DNA from: Methanomicrobiales archaeon
Lineage (GTDB): Archaea > Halobacteriota > Methanomicrobia > Methanomicrobiales > JACTUA01
DNA length: 43,774 nt
Direction of reading: 5' to 3'
Assembly: GCA_035517575.1 (NCBI GenBank)
Contig: DATIYO010000073.1
Location: forward strand, 1-43,774
In this document: positions 1 to 7,899 of the stretch, piece by piece
Layout of the letters: each line of letters begins with the position of its first letter
Position numbering within the stretch: position 1 is the first letter of the stretch
Notes under the pieces: generated by a model
Database searches by the model: none
What the model was told of the DNA's origin: nothing
Seen by the model: only the letters and a program-made list of their open reading frames with translations
Translations under genes and position numbers: made by a program

Positions 1-461
1 ATCGTCTTTGCGAGCTCCTCGATCTTCGGGACAAAGGAGCCTGCGTCCACCTCGGACTCCAGGGTGAAGGCCGAGGAGACGAACTGCATCCCCTTCGCCT
101 CGAGCCGCTTCCGCATGTGGGCGATGGCCTTCTCTGCCCCGCGGCCGCCCATCTCGGCGACGAGCGAGAAGGGCTTCCCCGAGGTGTTCGAGAGGAGCGC
201 GATGTACCGGTTCACGTACGGCGGGACCTTGCCCGCCCAGACCGGGCTCGCGAGGACGAGGAAGTCCACCCCCGAGAGGTCGGTCTTGCAGGGCCGGATG
301 GGGGCCTGGCGGGCGAGGACGGCCCCCATGGCCTTCCCGAACATCCCCGACTCCTTCTCGGCCTCTATCTGGACGAGGTCTGCCCCGATCTTACCGGCGA
401 GGGCCTTCGCCACCTTGCCGGTGTGGCCCTTCCAGCTGTAGAACGCGACGATGGTCTTCAT
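1..461 (-). CDS. flavodoxin-family protein (3' end runs off the left window edge)
   Basis: Absent from the ORF track because it is open at the edge. The reverse complement from ATG at 459..461 reads MKTIVAFYSWKGHTGKVAKALAGKIGADLVQIEAEK...DFLVLASPVWAGKVPPYVNRYI... with no stop down to position 1. Flavodoxin-like pattern. The 64..441 + ORF is its antisense shadow. Confidence 0.8.
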   Translation of the reverse strand, partial: MKTIVAFYSWKGHTGKVAKALAGKIGADLVQIEAEKESGMFGKAMGAVLARQAPIRPCKTDLSGVDFLVLASPVWAGKVPPYVNRYIALLSNTSGKPFSLVAEMGGRGAEKAIAHMRKRLEAKGMQFVSSAFTLESEVDAGSFVPKIEELAKT

Positions 462-464
462 GGT

Positions 465-935
465 TCACGGGTGCGAGTTGTAGTCGTCCTGCATGTCGAG
501 GACCTTGTAGTCCTTCCCGAGGATGGTGACCACCACGATGACCCGGTCGACCCCCGTGGTCCCCTGGAAGGTCATGGAATCCCCGACCGACAACTGGCCG
601 TTCTCGGGCCGGTCCAGCTCCTTCGTGATCACCTGTCCGTCGGAGCGTACCACGGTCCCGACGATCTTCTGGACGAAGATCTGCCCTTTCCCCCCCCGGA
701 AGGCCACGGTGATGTCCGGGTGGATCGGGTTATGGTTCCGGTTCTCCTGGACTTCAACCATGTAGATCTCGGGTACGGTCACCACGGGACCGGGGGAGAT
801 CTGGGATGCCTGGCCCCCGGCCGATCCCTGGGTGCCCCCCGAGGTCCCCCCGCCACCGGATGAGCTGGCGCAGCCGGGGCCCAGGGCGAGGGCGAAGAGG
901 AGCAGGATCAGGATGGACGCATGCTTCGGTGCCAT
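465..935 (-). CDS. small secreted lipoprotein-like protein, paralog A
   Basis: 156-aa ORF. Signal peptide ends in lipobox-like LALGPGC, followed by a Gly/Ser linker. A ~100-aa domain then shares VEVQ..RN, FRGG.GQI, RSDGQ, SVGDS, TTG.D.V.VV.TI.GKDYK blocks with the next gene. Confidence 0.7.
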   Translation of the reverse strand: MAPKHASILILLLFALALGPGCASSSGGGGTSGGTQGSAGGQASQISPGPVVTVPEIYMVEVQENRNHNPIHPDITVAFRGGKGQIFVQKIVGTVVRSDGQVITKELDRPENGQLSVGDSMTFQGTTGVDRVIVVVTILGKDYKVLDMQDDYNSHP

Positions 936-1013
936 ACGGGGGAGTCATCCCGGAGGGGTATAAGTATTCCCTTCCGGTCGGGCATTGGCAGAATACCGGC
1001 TAAAAAGGAGAGA

Positions 1014-1511
1014 TCAGGGCGGGGGAGGGGGGATCGAGTAGAACGGCATGTTCTGGTCGAAGATCTTGTAGTCCTTCCCGTTGATGGTAGCGACCACCAC
1101 CACCTCGTCGGTCCCGGTGGTTCCCACGATACGTACGGAATCCCCTACCGAGTACTGGTTCTGACCGGAAGGTTGTATGACCTGCTGGAGGATCTGCCCG
1201 TCGGACCGGGCCACGGTAACCGTCAGTCGCTGGAGGACAATCTGGCCGTATCCCCCCCGGAAGCTGACCGTGATGTAGGGAAAGGCCGTGTTCGGGTTCC
1301 TGATGACCTGGACTTCCACGGTCTGGCTCGCGGGTGGGGTGTTGATCGGGCCCGGGGGGATGGTCACGACCGGACCAGCTGCCGTGGTCGTGGCGGGCGG
1401 CGCAGTTGTCGTCCCCCCACCCCCCTGTGGCCCCTGGGGGGCCGTGCACCCCGGCCCGAAGGCGAGGACGATGAGGCCGAGGAGGAGGAGTACTGGTAGC
1501 TTCGTATCCAT
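1014..1511 (-). CDS. small secreted lipoprotein-like protein, paralog B
   Basis: Track ORF 1014..1592 trimmed to the internal ATG at 1511 (MDTKLPVLLLLGLIVLAFGPGC). Same architecture and conserved blocks as 465..935. Confidence 0.7.
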   Translation of the reverse strand: MDTKLPVLLLLGLIVLAFGPGCTAPQGPQGGGGTTTAPPATTTAAGPVVTIPPGPINTPPASQTVEVQVIRNPNTAFPYITVSFRGGYGQIVLQRLTVTVARSDGQILQQVIQPSGQNQYSVGDSVRIVGTTGTDEVVVVATINGKDYKIFDQNMPFYSIPPPPP

Positions 1512-1588
1512 GCGGTTGGGATTGCCGGGCGCGGAAATAAGGGTTCCCCTTCCCGGGACAGGGTCGACCCCGGGAGGTGGACCGCTCC

Positions 1589-2248
1589 TCACCGGCGGTA
1601 CCGCGCCGCGAGTGCCCCGAAGGCTGCCGCGGCGAGGGGCAGGAGCGGGGGGATCGGGAGGCGTCCCGGCGTGGTCGCTGGGTTCCCGGTGGTCGGGGTC
1701 GAGACCGGGGTGGATACCGGGGTGGACTGGTTCGGGGTCGTCGGGGTCGCCATGCCGGTCACGAGCGGGCCCCCCTGCATCGTTCCCGGCGGGAGAGGGA
1801 CCGGGGTCTCCGGCACGGTGACGATCACGGTCTCGACGGGACCCCCGAACACCACGGCCTGCGTGGCATAGTCCGAGTCGTCGAGATCCGGCCGCGCCAG
1901 GGGCTGCTGGACGATGTAGACGACGTACGTGCCCTGGTCAAGGACCCTGCCCATGGATCCCGTCCTCCAGGTGTAGGTCCAGGTGGCGTCGGTCTGCACC
2001 TCGACCTGCGTGAAGCTCGAGGCGTCCCCGGTCGCCACGGGGGTCCCGCGGTCCAGGCTGATGCCGTCGGCCGGGAGGTTCGGCCCCGTCAGGAAGAGGT
2101 AGACGGTGTCGCTCCCGGGAGCGCTGCCGCCGAGGGGGATGTCCTCGCCAAAGACCGCGTAGACGGGCTGGGCGAGGCAGGCGAGGGGGAGGGCGGCGGG
2201 GACGAGGAGGAGGATCGCGACGGCGATACGAAGGGGTCTTCGGGACAT
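1589..2248 (-). CDS. secreted cell-surface protein with Thr/Pro-rich linker and C-terminal membrane anchor
   Basis: Track ORF 1589..2335 trimmed to ATG at 2248 (MSRRPLRIAVAILLLVPAALPLACLA signal peptide). Globular domain, then a TPTTPNQSTPVSTPVSTPTTGNPATTP linker. C-terminus is LPIPPLLPLAAAAFGALAARYRR (hydrophobic helix plus basic tail). Confidence 0.7.
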   Translation of the reverse strand: MSRRPLRIAVAILLLVPAALPLACLAQPVYAVFGEDIPLGGSAPGSDTVYLFLTGPNLPADGISLDRGTPVATGDASSFTQVEVQTDATWTYTWRTGSMGRVLDQGTYVVYIVQQPLARPDLDDSDYATQAVVFGGPVETVIVTVPETPVPLPPGTMQGGPLVTGMATPTTPNQSTPVSTPVSTPTTGNPATTPGRLPIPPLLPLAAAAFGALAARYRR

Positions 2249-2373
2249 CGGTGAGGGGCTTCCGGTCATGGGCATGGAGGAGAGAGGGGCGCGAGGAGAA
2301 AAAGCTGACCCCGGTGGCAGGGCCCGAAGCTGCAAAAGGAAGATTTTATGCCTCCCCCGTCCTTCCCTCCCCC

Positions 2374-2853
2374 ATGAAGCAGCACGAGGTCTTCGAGAGC
2401 GTCCCGGGCATCCTCCGCCCCTTCAAGGCCTACATCGACGGGCTCAAGCTCGCGGCCGGCGACCAGATCGTCTACTACGGCTGCCCCGGGACCTGCACCC
2501 CGTTCATCGAGCTCCTCGGATTTGCCATCCGGTCGAGCCCCGCCACCCAGGTCTTCGTACCCCTGACGGATGAGGAGAAGGCGAAGAGGATCGCGGGAGT
2601 CCCCGACGTCGGGATGCAGGTCTCCCGGGAGACGGTGAAGGTGAACCCGAAGGTCGTCGTCCTCATGGGGGGCCTCTCCATGCCGGGCACGAACGTGACC
2701 GCCGACCAGATGAAGGCCGTGGTATCGAAGTACCCGGTCCCCGTGGTCGGGGTCTGCTTCATGAGGATGTTCGAGAAGACGGGCTGGACAAAGGTCTTCG
2801 ACTTCTCGCTCCTCATCGACGCAAACATCGCGCCGGTCGACGTGTGGAAGTGA
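2374..2853 (+). CDS. conserved hypothetical protein (methanogen-type, possibly DUF2124-like)
   Basis: Track ORF 2251..2853 trimmed to ATG 2374 (MKQHEVFESVPGILRPFKAYIDG..YYGCPGTCTPFIELLGFAIR). A TATA-like AAGATTTTATG lies about 25-30 nt upstream, suggesting a leaderless start. Family name recalled from memory only. Confidence 0.65.
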   Translation: MKQHEVFESVPGILRPFKAYIDGLKLAAGDQIVYYGCPGTCTPFIELLGFAIRSSPATQVFVPLTDEEKAKRIAGVPDVGMQVSRETVKVNPKVVVLMGGLSMPGTNVTADQMKAVVSKYPVPVVGVCFMRMFEKTGWTKVFDFSLLIDANIAPVDVWK

Positions 2854-2875
2854 CCCGGCCCGCGGGAACCCGGTG

Positions 2876-4162
2876 TCACTCGAGGAAGTGGTGGGTCAGG
2901 CTCATCACGTCCCGGTACGGGACCACGCCGAGGATCCGGTCCTGGTCGTCGACGACCGGGATGGCCCGGAAGTCGTACCGGGAGAAGATCTCCGAGGCCT
3001 CCTTCAGGGTGCTCTCGGGTTTCAGCGTGATGACCGTGTCCACCATGACGTCCTTCAGGGGGAGGTCGTCGGGGGCGAGGAGGAGCTCCTTGATATCGAT
3101 GACCCCGAGGAGCGTGTCCACCGAGTCCACGACGTAGAGGTACATGATCACGTCCAGCCCTCTCGCCGCCCGGTCGTACTCGTTCTGGGCCTCGCCGACG
3201 GTCATGTCGGGAGGGAACTTCAGGATCTTCGGGGTGGTGAAGTTGACGACCTTCTCCTCCTGCTTCTCGAGTATCGCCCGGATCTTCTTCCCGTTCTCGG
3301 CCTTCAGGTGGGCCATGATCTCCCCGCTCTCCGGCGACGGGAGGACCGCGAGGAGGTCGGCCGCCTGCCCCGGGGTCATGAGGTCGATGAGCTGGGCGAC
3401 CTTCTCCTTGTCCAGCGTCGAGATGAGCTCCCGCTGGACCATCGGCTCGATCTCCTCGAGGGTGTCCGAGGCCTGCTCGTGGGAGAGCCCGTCGAAGATC
3501 GCCCTCCGCTGGTCGGGGTCCAGGTCCTCGAGGATGTCGGCGAGGTCGACGGGGTGGAGCCCCTCGAGCTTCTCCCTGAGGATGTTCAGCTTCACGTCCC
3601 CCCGGAAGCTGCCGATCTGGGTCGGGAGGGGCTGGAGGTAGGTCCAGGAGATGGTCTGGTCCTTCACCTTCTCGGCGAGGCTCCGGAGGAAGTTCGCGAG
3701 GGGTGCGAGGCCGATACGCCGCAGGAGGCCGTACCGGCTCGTGTCCACGTCGGTCGCGTAGAGCTTCTGGTTCTTTAAGACCATCTTCACGTCGTAGACC
3801 ATCTCGACCTCCCGGTCCTCCATGTCGAGCACCTTCTTGTCGAGGATGTGGTCCCTGAGGAGGATGGCGTTCTCGGGGGGCTCGCCCTCGAAGTCCTTCA
3901 CGTCGGGGATGTCCAGCGCGAGCTCCCGGTCCTCCACCGATGCGACCCTCTCCCAGGGGATGAGGAGGGCCGGCTTCCCGAAGGGCCTCGAGACCACGAC
4001 CTGCCGCACCTCGGGGACCTTCCCCGTCTCCGCGATCACGAGGTCGGAGAGGGTCCCGATCTTCTTCCCCCGGAGCGTCACCCGGGCGCCGATGACCTCG
4101 GAGAGGAAGAAGACCCGGTCCGGCAGGGACCGGGGGACGGCCGCCGCGTTGTTCGCGTTCAT
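2876..4162 (-). CDS. soluble MgtE-like cytoplasmic module: PRC-barrel + MgtE N-domain + two CBS domains, no transmembrane domain
   Basis: Track ORF trimmed to ATG 4162 (MNANNAAAVPRSL) with a GGGAGGG RBS upstream. PRC-like segment VIGARVTLRGKKIGTLSDLVIAETGKVPEV. MgtE_N-like LHPVDLADILEDLDPDQRRAIFDGLSHEQASDTLEEIEP...MTPGQAADLLAVLP. CBS pairs run to the C-terminus (..FRAIPVVDDQDRILGVVPYRDVM). The protein ends right after the CBS region. Confidence 0.85.
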   Translation of the reverse strand: MNANNAAAVPRSLPDRVFFLSEVIGARVTLRGKKIGTLSDLVIAETGKVPEVRQVVVSRPFGKPALLIPWERVASVEDRELALDIPDVKDFEGEPPENAILLRDHILDKKVLDMEDREVEMVYDVKMVLKNQKLYATDVDTSRYGLLRRIGLAPLANFLRSLAEKVKDQTISWTYLQPLPTQIGSFRGDVKLNILREKLEGLHPVDLADILEDLDPDQRRAIFDGLSHEQASDTLEEIEPMVQRELISTLDKEKVAQLIDLMTPGQAADLLAVLPSPESGEIMAHLKAENGKKIRAILEKQEEKVVNFTTPKILKFPPDMTVGEAQNEYDRAARGLDVIMYLYVVDSVDTLLGVIDIKELLLAPDDLPLKDVMVDTVITLKPESTLKEASEIFSRYDFRAIPVVDDQDRILGVVPYRDVMSLTHHFLE

Positions 4163-4377
4163 GCCCTCCCCCCCGAGAGCATCGTGAGGAACCGGTACCC
4201 GAGGAGGATCACGAGGAAGATCAGGTAGAGGCGGAGGAACAGGAGCGAGAGCTTCGTCCACCGCGACATGGCGATCCGGGGGGTGGCGTACTTCCGGTTG
4301 ATCTCGGTGACGAGGGCGTACTGCCTCCGGATGAACTCCCCCACCCGCCCCGGCACCATCCCGATACTAAGGACCAT
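4159..4377 (-). CDS. small single-pass membrane protein (72 aa), unknown function
   Basis: ATG 4377 is preceded by GGTGAGGGAG. The stop overlaps the start of the MgtE-like gene (ATGA at 4159..4162). C-terminal hydrophobic helix LSLLFLRLYLIFLVILLGY. Sits between the Nramp-like and MgtE-like genes on the same strand. Confidence 0.5.
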   Translation of the reverse strand: MVLSIGMVPGRVGEFIRRQYALVTEINRKYATPRIAMSRWTKLSLLFLRLYLIFLVILLGYRFLTMLSGGRA

Positions 4378-4406
4378 AGGTCTCCCTCACCCCCCCTCCG
4401 GCACCC

Positions 4407-5675
4407 TCATCCCAGCCACCCCGGGAACAGTGTACTGATACCGTACAGGGTTGACAGGATAATGATACCGATGACGATGACCGCCGCCACGAGGTTCTGG
4501 GCGGGGGTGTTCCGGTACTTCCCCATCACCTCCTCGCTGTTCAGGAGGAGGATCAGGAAGACGAGGGCCGCGGGCAGGAGGGTGACCGCGATCACCTGCA
4601 CAAAGAGGGTGATGAGCACGAGCGGGGCGCCCGGGATGAGGACCACGCTCCCCGCCGTGACGAGGGCGAGGAGGTAGAAGGCATAGAACCACGGGGCCTC
4701 CCTGACCCGGAAGTTCAGGGAGTGGGCCCAGCCGAAGACCTCCCCGAAGGCCCAGGAGGAGGCGAGGGAGATGCAGATCGCCCCGAGGAACCCCGCGTCG
4801 AAGAGGCCGATGGCGAGGAGGGTCCCGACCCAGGGGTTGATCCCGCGGAGGAGCTGGGCCGCCTGGGCGGCGCTCCCGATGTCCACGCCCGGGAGGACCG
4901 TGGCCGTCATGATGACACAGAAGATGGCGACGAGGGCGGTGAAGACCGCGCCGATGAGGGTGTCGAACTGGCCCCAGGGGATGTCCTTCTCCTTCATCCC
5001 CTTGTCCACGACGGCAGACTGCTGGAAGAAGATCATCCAGGGGGCGATGGTGGTCCCGATGTTCGCCATGAGGAAGAAGAAGAGCTCACCCGTGAACCCG
5101 CCGGGAAAATGGGGGATGAGTCCCTGGGAGAGGACCGCGGGTACCGAGGGGTGAACGAGGATGGCCGCGGGGATGTAGATCAGGTTCACGAGCGAGAAGA
5201 GGATCGCGATCTTCTCCCAGGTCCAGTACCGGCCCTGGAGGACCATGAGCATCATGATCGCCGAGACGACGAAGATGGTCACGGGGGCGGGGATATGGAA
5301 GATGAGGAGGGCCGCGGTCATCCCGATGAACTCGGTGACGAGGGTGAGCCAGTTGACGAAGGCGAGGTCGATGAAGGAGAACCAGCCCCAGAAGGACCCG
5401 AAGGCGTCGAAGATCGCCTCGGCATGCCCCCGTTTCGTGACCGCCCCGAGGCGCACCGTCATCTCCTGTGCCACGTAGGCCACGGGGATGAGGAGGAGGA
5501 GGAACCAGATGAGGCCGTACCCGAACTTCGCGCCGGTCACGGTGTACGTCGTGATCCCGCCGGCGTCGTTGTCGGCCATCATGACGATGATCCCGGGCCC
5601 GGTCAGGATCAGGTAGAGCTTGAAGATCTTCGCGAAGCGGCGGTAGCGGTAGTAGAAGTTCGACCAGAATTTCAT
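4407..5675 (-). CDS. Nramp/SLC11-family transporter with NRMT-type (Mg2+-like) binding-site substitutions
   Basis: 422-aa polytopic protein with an Nramp-like N-terminus LILTGPGIIVMMADNDAGGITTY. TM1 reads D-A-G-G instead of D-P-G-N. TM6 reads GTTIAPWMIF instead of GA.IMPHN. Confidence 0.88.
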   Translation of the reverse strand: MKFWSNFYYRYRRFAKIFKLYLILTGPGIIVMMADNDAGGITTYTVTGAKFGYGLIWFLLLLIPVAYVAQEMTVRLGAVTKRGHAEAIFDAFGSFWGWFSFIDLAFVNWLTLVTEFIGMTAALLIFHIPAPVTIFVVSAIMMLMVLQGRYWTWEKIAILFSLVNLIYIPAAILVHPSVPAVLSQGLIPHFPGGFTGELFFFLMANIGTTIAPWMIFFQQSAVVDKGMKEKDIPWGQFDTLIGAVFTALVAIFCVIMTATVLPGVDIGSAAQAAQLLRGINPWVGTLLAIGLFDAGFLGAICISLASSWAFGEVFGWAHSLNFRVREAPWFYAFYLLALVTAGSVVLIPGAPLVLITLFVQVIAVTLLPAALVFLILLLNSEEVMGKYRNTPAQNLVAAVIVIGIIILSTLYGISTLFPGWLG

Positions 5676-5846
5676 CCCCGCGCCCCCGCCGTCGCCCCCG
5701 GCATACCGATCCCCGGACCTGCCGTCTCCTCAGAGGGGTGCTCCCCGAAACCACATAAGCCATCCTGAGGGAGAGGGGCGGGAACGGAGGGGGTCGTCGG
5801 GCCCCGCCGCACAAGGCTTATCTGAACTCCGGAGAGACGCTTGCCC

Positions 5847-6929
5847 ATGGACGCGCAGGGGGAGAAGAAGGCCCGGGAGGCGCCGCAGGCTTTCGGGGAG
5901 AAGGCGTTCTGCGCCCTGGTCCTGCCCGCGGGGATCCAGCGGTTCGAGGCAGAGAGCGTCGGCCGGTTCTGCGACCCGATGAAGATGGCGAACCTCGGCT
6001 GGATCGACCTCGTCGTGGACGACATGGAACGGGACCTCCTCCCCGCCGCGACCACCCTCGGCTTCTCCGAGCTCCTCGTCCGGAACCTGGAGAAGAGCCC
6101 GAAGAGCGGGTACGAGGACCTGGGGAGCGAGATGGGGCTCGTCGTGCCCGCCATCGTCATGGAGGGCTTCGACGTGAGGCTCGAGCCCCTCTACATCCTG
6201 ATCAACGGGAAGGCGATCGTGACCCTCCATTCGGCGGGGGTGAAGCGGTTCGTCCGGCTCCGCCGGTACGCCGAGCCCATGCTCCGGAAGATCCGGGATG
6301 ACCTCCCCGTGAAGGACCGGATGACCCTCCTCCTCGTCCGGATCATCGACGAGAACAACTCCCGGAACTTCGACTACCTCGCCGAGATCGAGGAGCACGG
6401 CGACCGGCTCTTCCAGGTCCTCTCTGACCCGAAGACCCCGCGGGAGGTCATCGCCCCGAAGATCTACGAGATGAAGCACGCCCTGATCGCGTACCTGGGC
6501 GGGCTCTGGGCCACGGTGGACTCCCTCGCATCGCTCCGCTACGGGGACGCCGACCTCCTGACCGACGACGACCGGATCCTGGAGCGGGTGAACGCCCTCA
6601 TCGGGGCGGTCCAGGCCCAGATCGGCCTCGCCGAGCACCTCTCCGAGGTACTCGCGAGCGGCCTCGAGGTGCTCCAGTCCATCTACAACAACCAGCTCCA
6701 GATCCTGAACAACAAGCTCGCCATGCTCGCTGCCTACCTCGCGATCATCGGCACGGCCCTCCTCGTGCCGAACACCATCGCGACCATCGCGGGGAACTCC
6801 ATGTTCCAGTTCCCGCCGTCGGCCGCGCCCTGGTACCTCGGGTTCATCGCCCTCTCGACCGTCGCGGCGACGGTCTTCACCATCTGGGTGCTGAAGAAGC
6901 GGAGGCTCCTCCCGCGGGACATCGAGTGA
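5847..6929 (+). CDS. CorA-family-like divalent cation transporter lacking the GMN motif
   Basis: 360 aa from ATG 5847 (the track starts at TTG 5841; a later ATG at 5979, MKMANLGWIDL, is also possible). Soluble N-domain plus long helices and two C-terminal TM helices. The position of YGMNF reads IAGNSMFQF. Confidence 0.72.
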   Translation: MDAQGEKKAREAPQAFGEKAFCALVLPAGIQRFEAESVGRFCDPMKMANLGWIDLVVDDMERDLLPAATTLGFSELLVRNLEKSPKSGYEDLGSEMGLVVPAIVMEGFDVRLEPLYILINGKAIVTLHSAGVKRFVRLRRYAEPMLRKIRDDLPVKDRMTLLLVRIIDENNSRNFDYLAEIEEHGDRLFQVLSDPKTPREVIAPKIYEMKHALIAYLGGLWATVDSLASLRYGDADLLTDDDRILERVNALIGAVQAQIGLAEHLSEVLASGLEVLQSIYNNQLQILNNKLAMLAAYLAIIGTALLVPNTIATIAGNSMFQFPPSAAPWYLGFIALSTVAATVFTIWVLKKRRLLPRDIE

Positions 6930-6930
6930 A

Positions 6931-6955
6931 CCGGCCCGCGGGGGCCGGAAAAAAA
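6931..6955. terminator. bidirectional terminator-like hairpin plus A7/T7 run between convergent genes
   Basis: CCGGCC-cgcggg-GGCCGG at 6931..6948, followed by AAAAAAA at 6949..6955 (T7 on the minus strand, directly after the 6961 gene stop). Confidence 0.4.
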
Positions 6956-6960
6956 GGATC

Positions 6961-7488
6961 TCAGACCGGCTGCGCCTGGACGTCGGGCGGGAGCAGCCGG
7001 CTGATCAGGAACGACGGGACCTGCTGCGAGGTCCGGAAGGCGAGGTAGAACCGGGAGGTGTCGCCCGACCGGCCCTGGTAGGTGGCGTCCACGCGGAAGT
7101 CGAAGTCCATGACCTTCGCCGTGAGGGCGGTGATGAGGGCCCGCCGCTCCTGGATGGTCTTTGTCTGGCCGACGCTCATCGTGGTCGGCACCTTGTTGAT
7201 CGAGAGGGTGACCTGGTCGTCGGTCGGGATGGCGATGATCTCGGAGTTCCCGATGGTCACGACCTGCGAGTTCGGGAGGAACACCTGGTAGGTGGTCGTG
7301 TAGGGGTAGGAGGCCGCGGGAGGAGCCTCCGAGATCACGACGCCGATGGTCAGGTACGCGGCGGCGAGGACGATGAGGATCACGACGACCGCGTAGAGGA
7401 CCCACCTGAGGTGGCCCTTCTTCTTCTCGGGTTCTTTCTTCTCGAGCGCCGGTCCCGGGCCCTTCGACGTATCTTCTCCGGTCATCAT
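6961..7488 (-). CDS. single-pass membrane-anchored protein, unknown function
   Basis: Track ORF trimmed to ATG 7488 (MMTGEDTSKGPGPALEKKEPEKKKGHLRWVLYAVVVILIVLAAAYLTIGV). ATG 7518 is an alternative start. TTAAATAA TATA-like element at 7519..7527 on the minus strand. Confidence 0.6.
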   Translation of the reverse strand: MMTGEDTSKGPGPALEKKEPEKKKGHLRWVLYAVVVILIVLAAAYLTIGVVISEAPPAASYPYTTTYQVFLPNSQVVTIGNSEIIAIPTDDQVTLSINKVPTTMSVGQTKTIQERRALITALTAKVMDFDFRVDATYQGRSGDTSRFYLAFRTSQQVPSFLISRLLPPDVQAQPV

Positions 7489-7608
7489 CGTAACACCGGA
7501 GGAAGGGGTTGCCGGCATGTTATTTAACGATTTGGAGAGGGAGGCGGAGAGCTGGAGCCGGAAGATCATGGATAAATACATTACTCATATGAATACTAAG
7601 ATTATTCA

Positions 7609-7872
7609 ATGCTCGAGCGCCTTTTCTCCTCCCGCACCCGGGTGAAGCTCCTGGAGCTCTTCCTCTTCCACCCCGAGCGGGAGATCCACGTCAGGGAGAT
7701 CTGCAGGATCACGGGCCTGAACATCAACGCGGTCAGGAGGGAGCTCGCGAACCTGGAAGGACTGCGGCTCCTCAGGAGCCGGACGGCGGGGAATGCCCGG
7801 TTCTACACGGTGAACATCGCGTTTCCGGCCTACCAGGAATTGGTGGGGATATTTCTGAAAATGAGGCAGTAG
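7609..7872 (+). CDS. small winged-helix (ArsR-like) transcriptional regulator
   Basis: 87 aa: SRTRVKLLELFLFHPEREIHVREICRITGLNINAVRRELANLEGLRLL. AT-rich divergent promoter region at 7560..7608. Confidence 0.8.
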   Translation: MLERLFSSRTRVKLLELFLFHPEREIHVREICRITGLNINAVRRELANLEGLRLLRSRTAGNARFYTVNIAFPAYQELVGIFLKMRQ

Positions 7873-7899
7873 GCTGGACGAGCCGGTAAAAGGCCCGAA

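Noticed and set aside
64-863. Plus-strand ORFs 64..441 and 117..863 at the left edge
   Set aside because: They are antisense to a clean flavodoxin-like frame (1..461) and to the lipoprotein paralog (465..935), and have no motifs.
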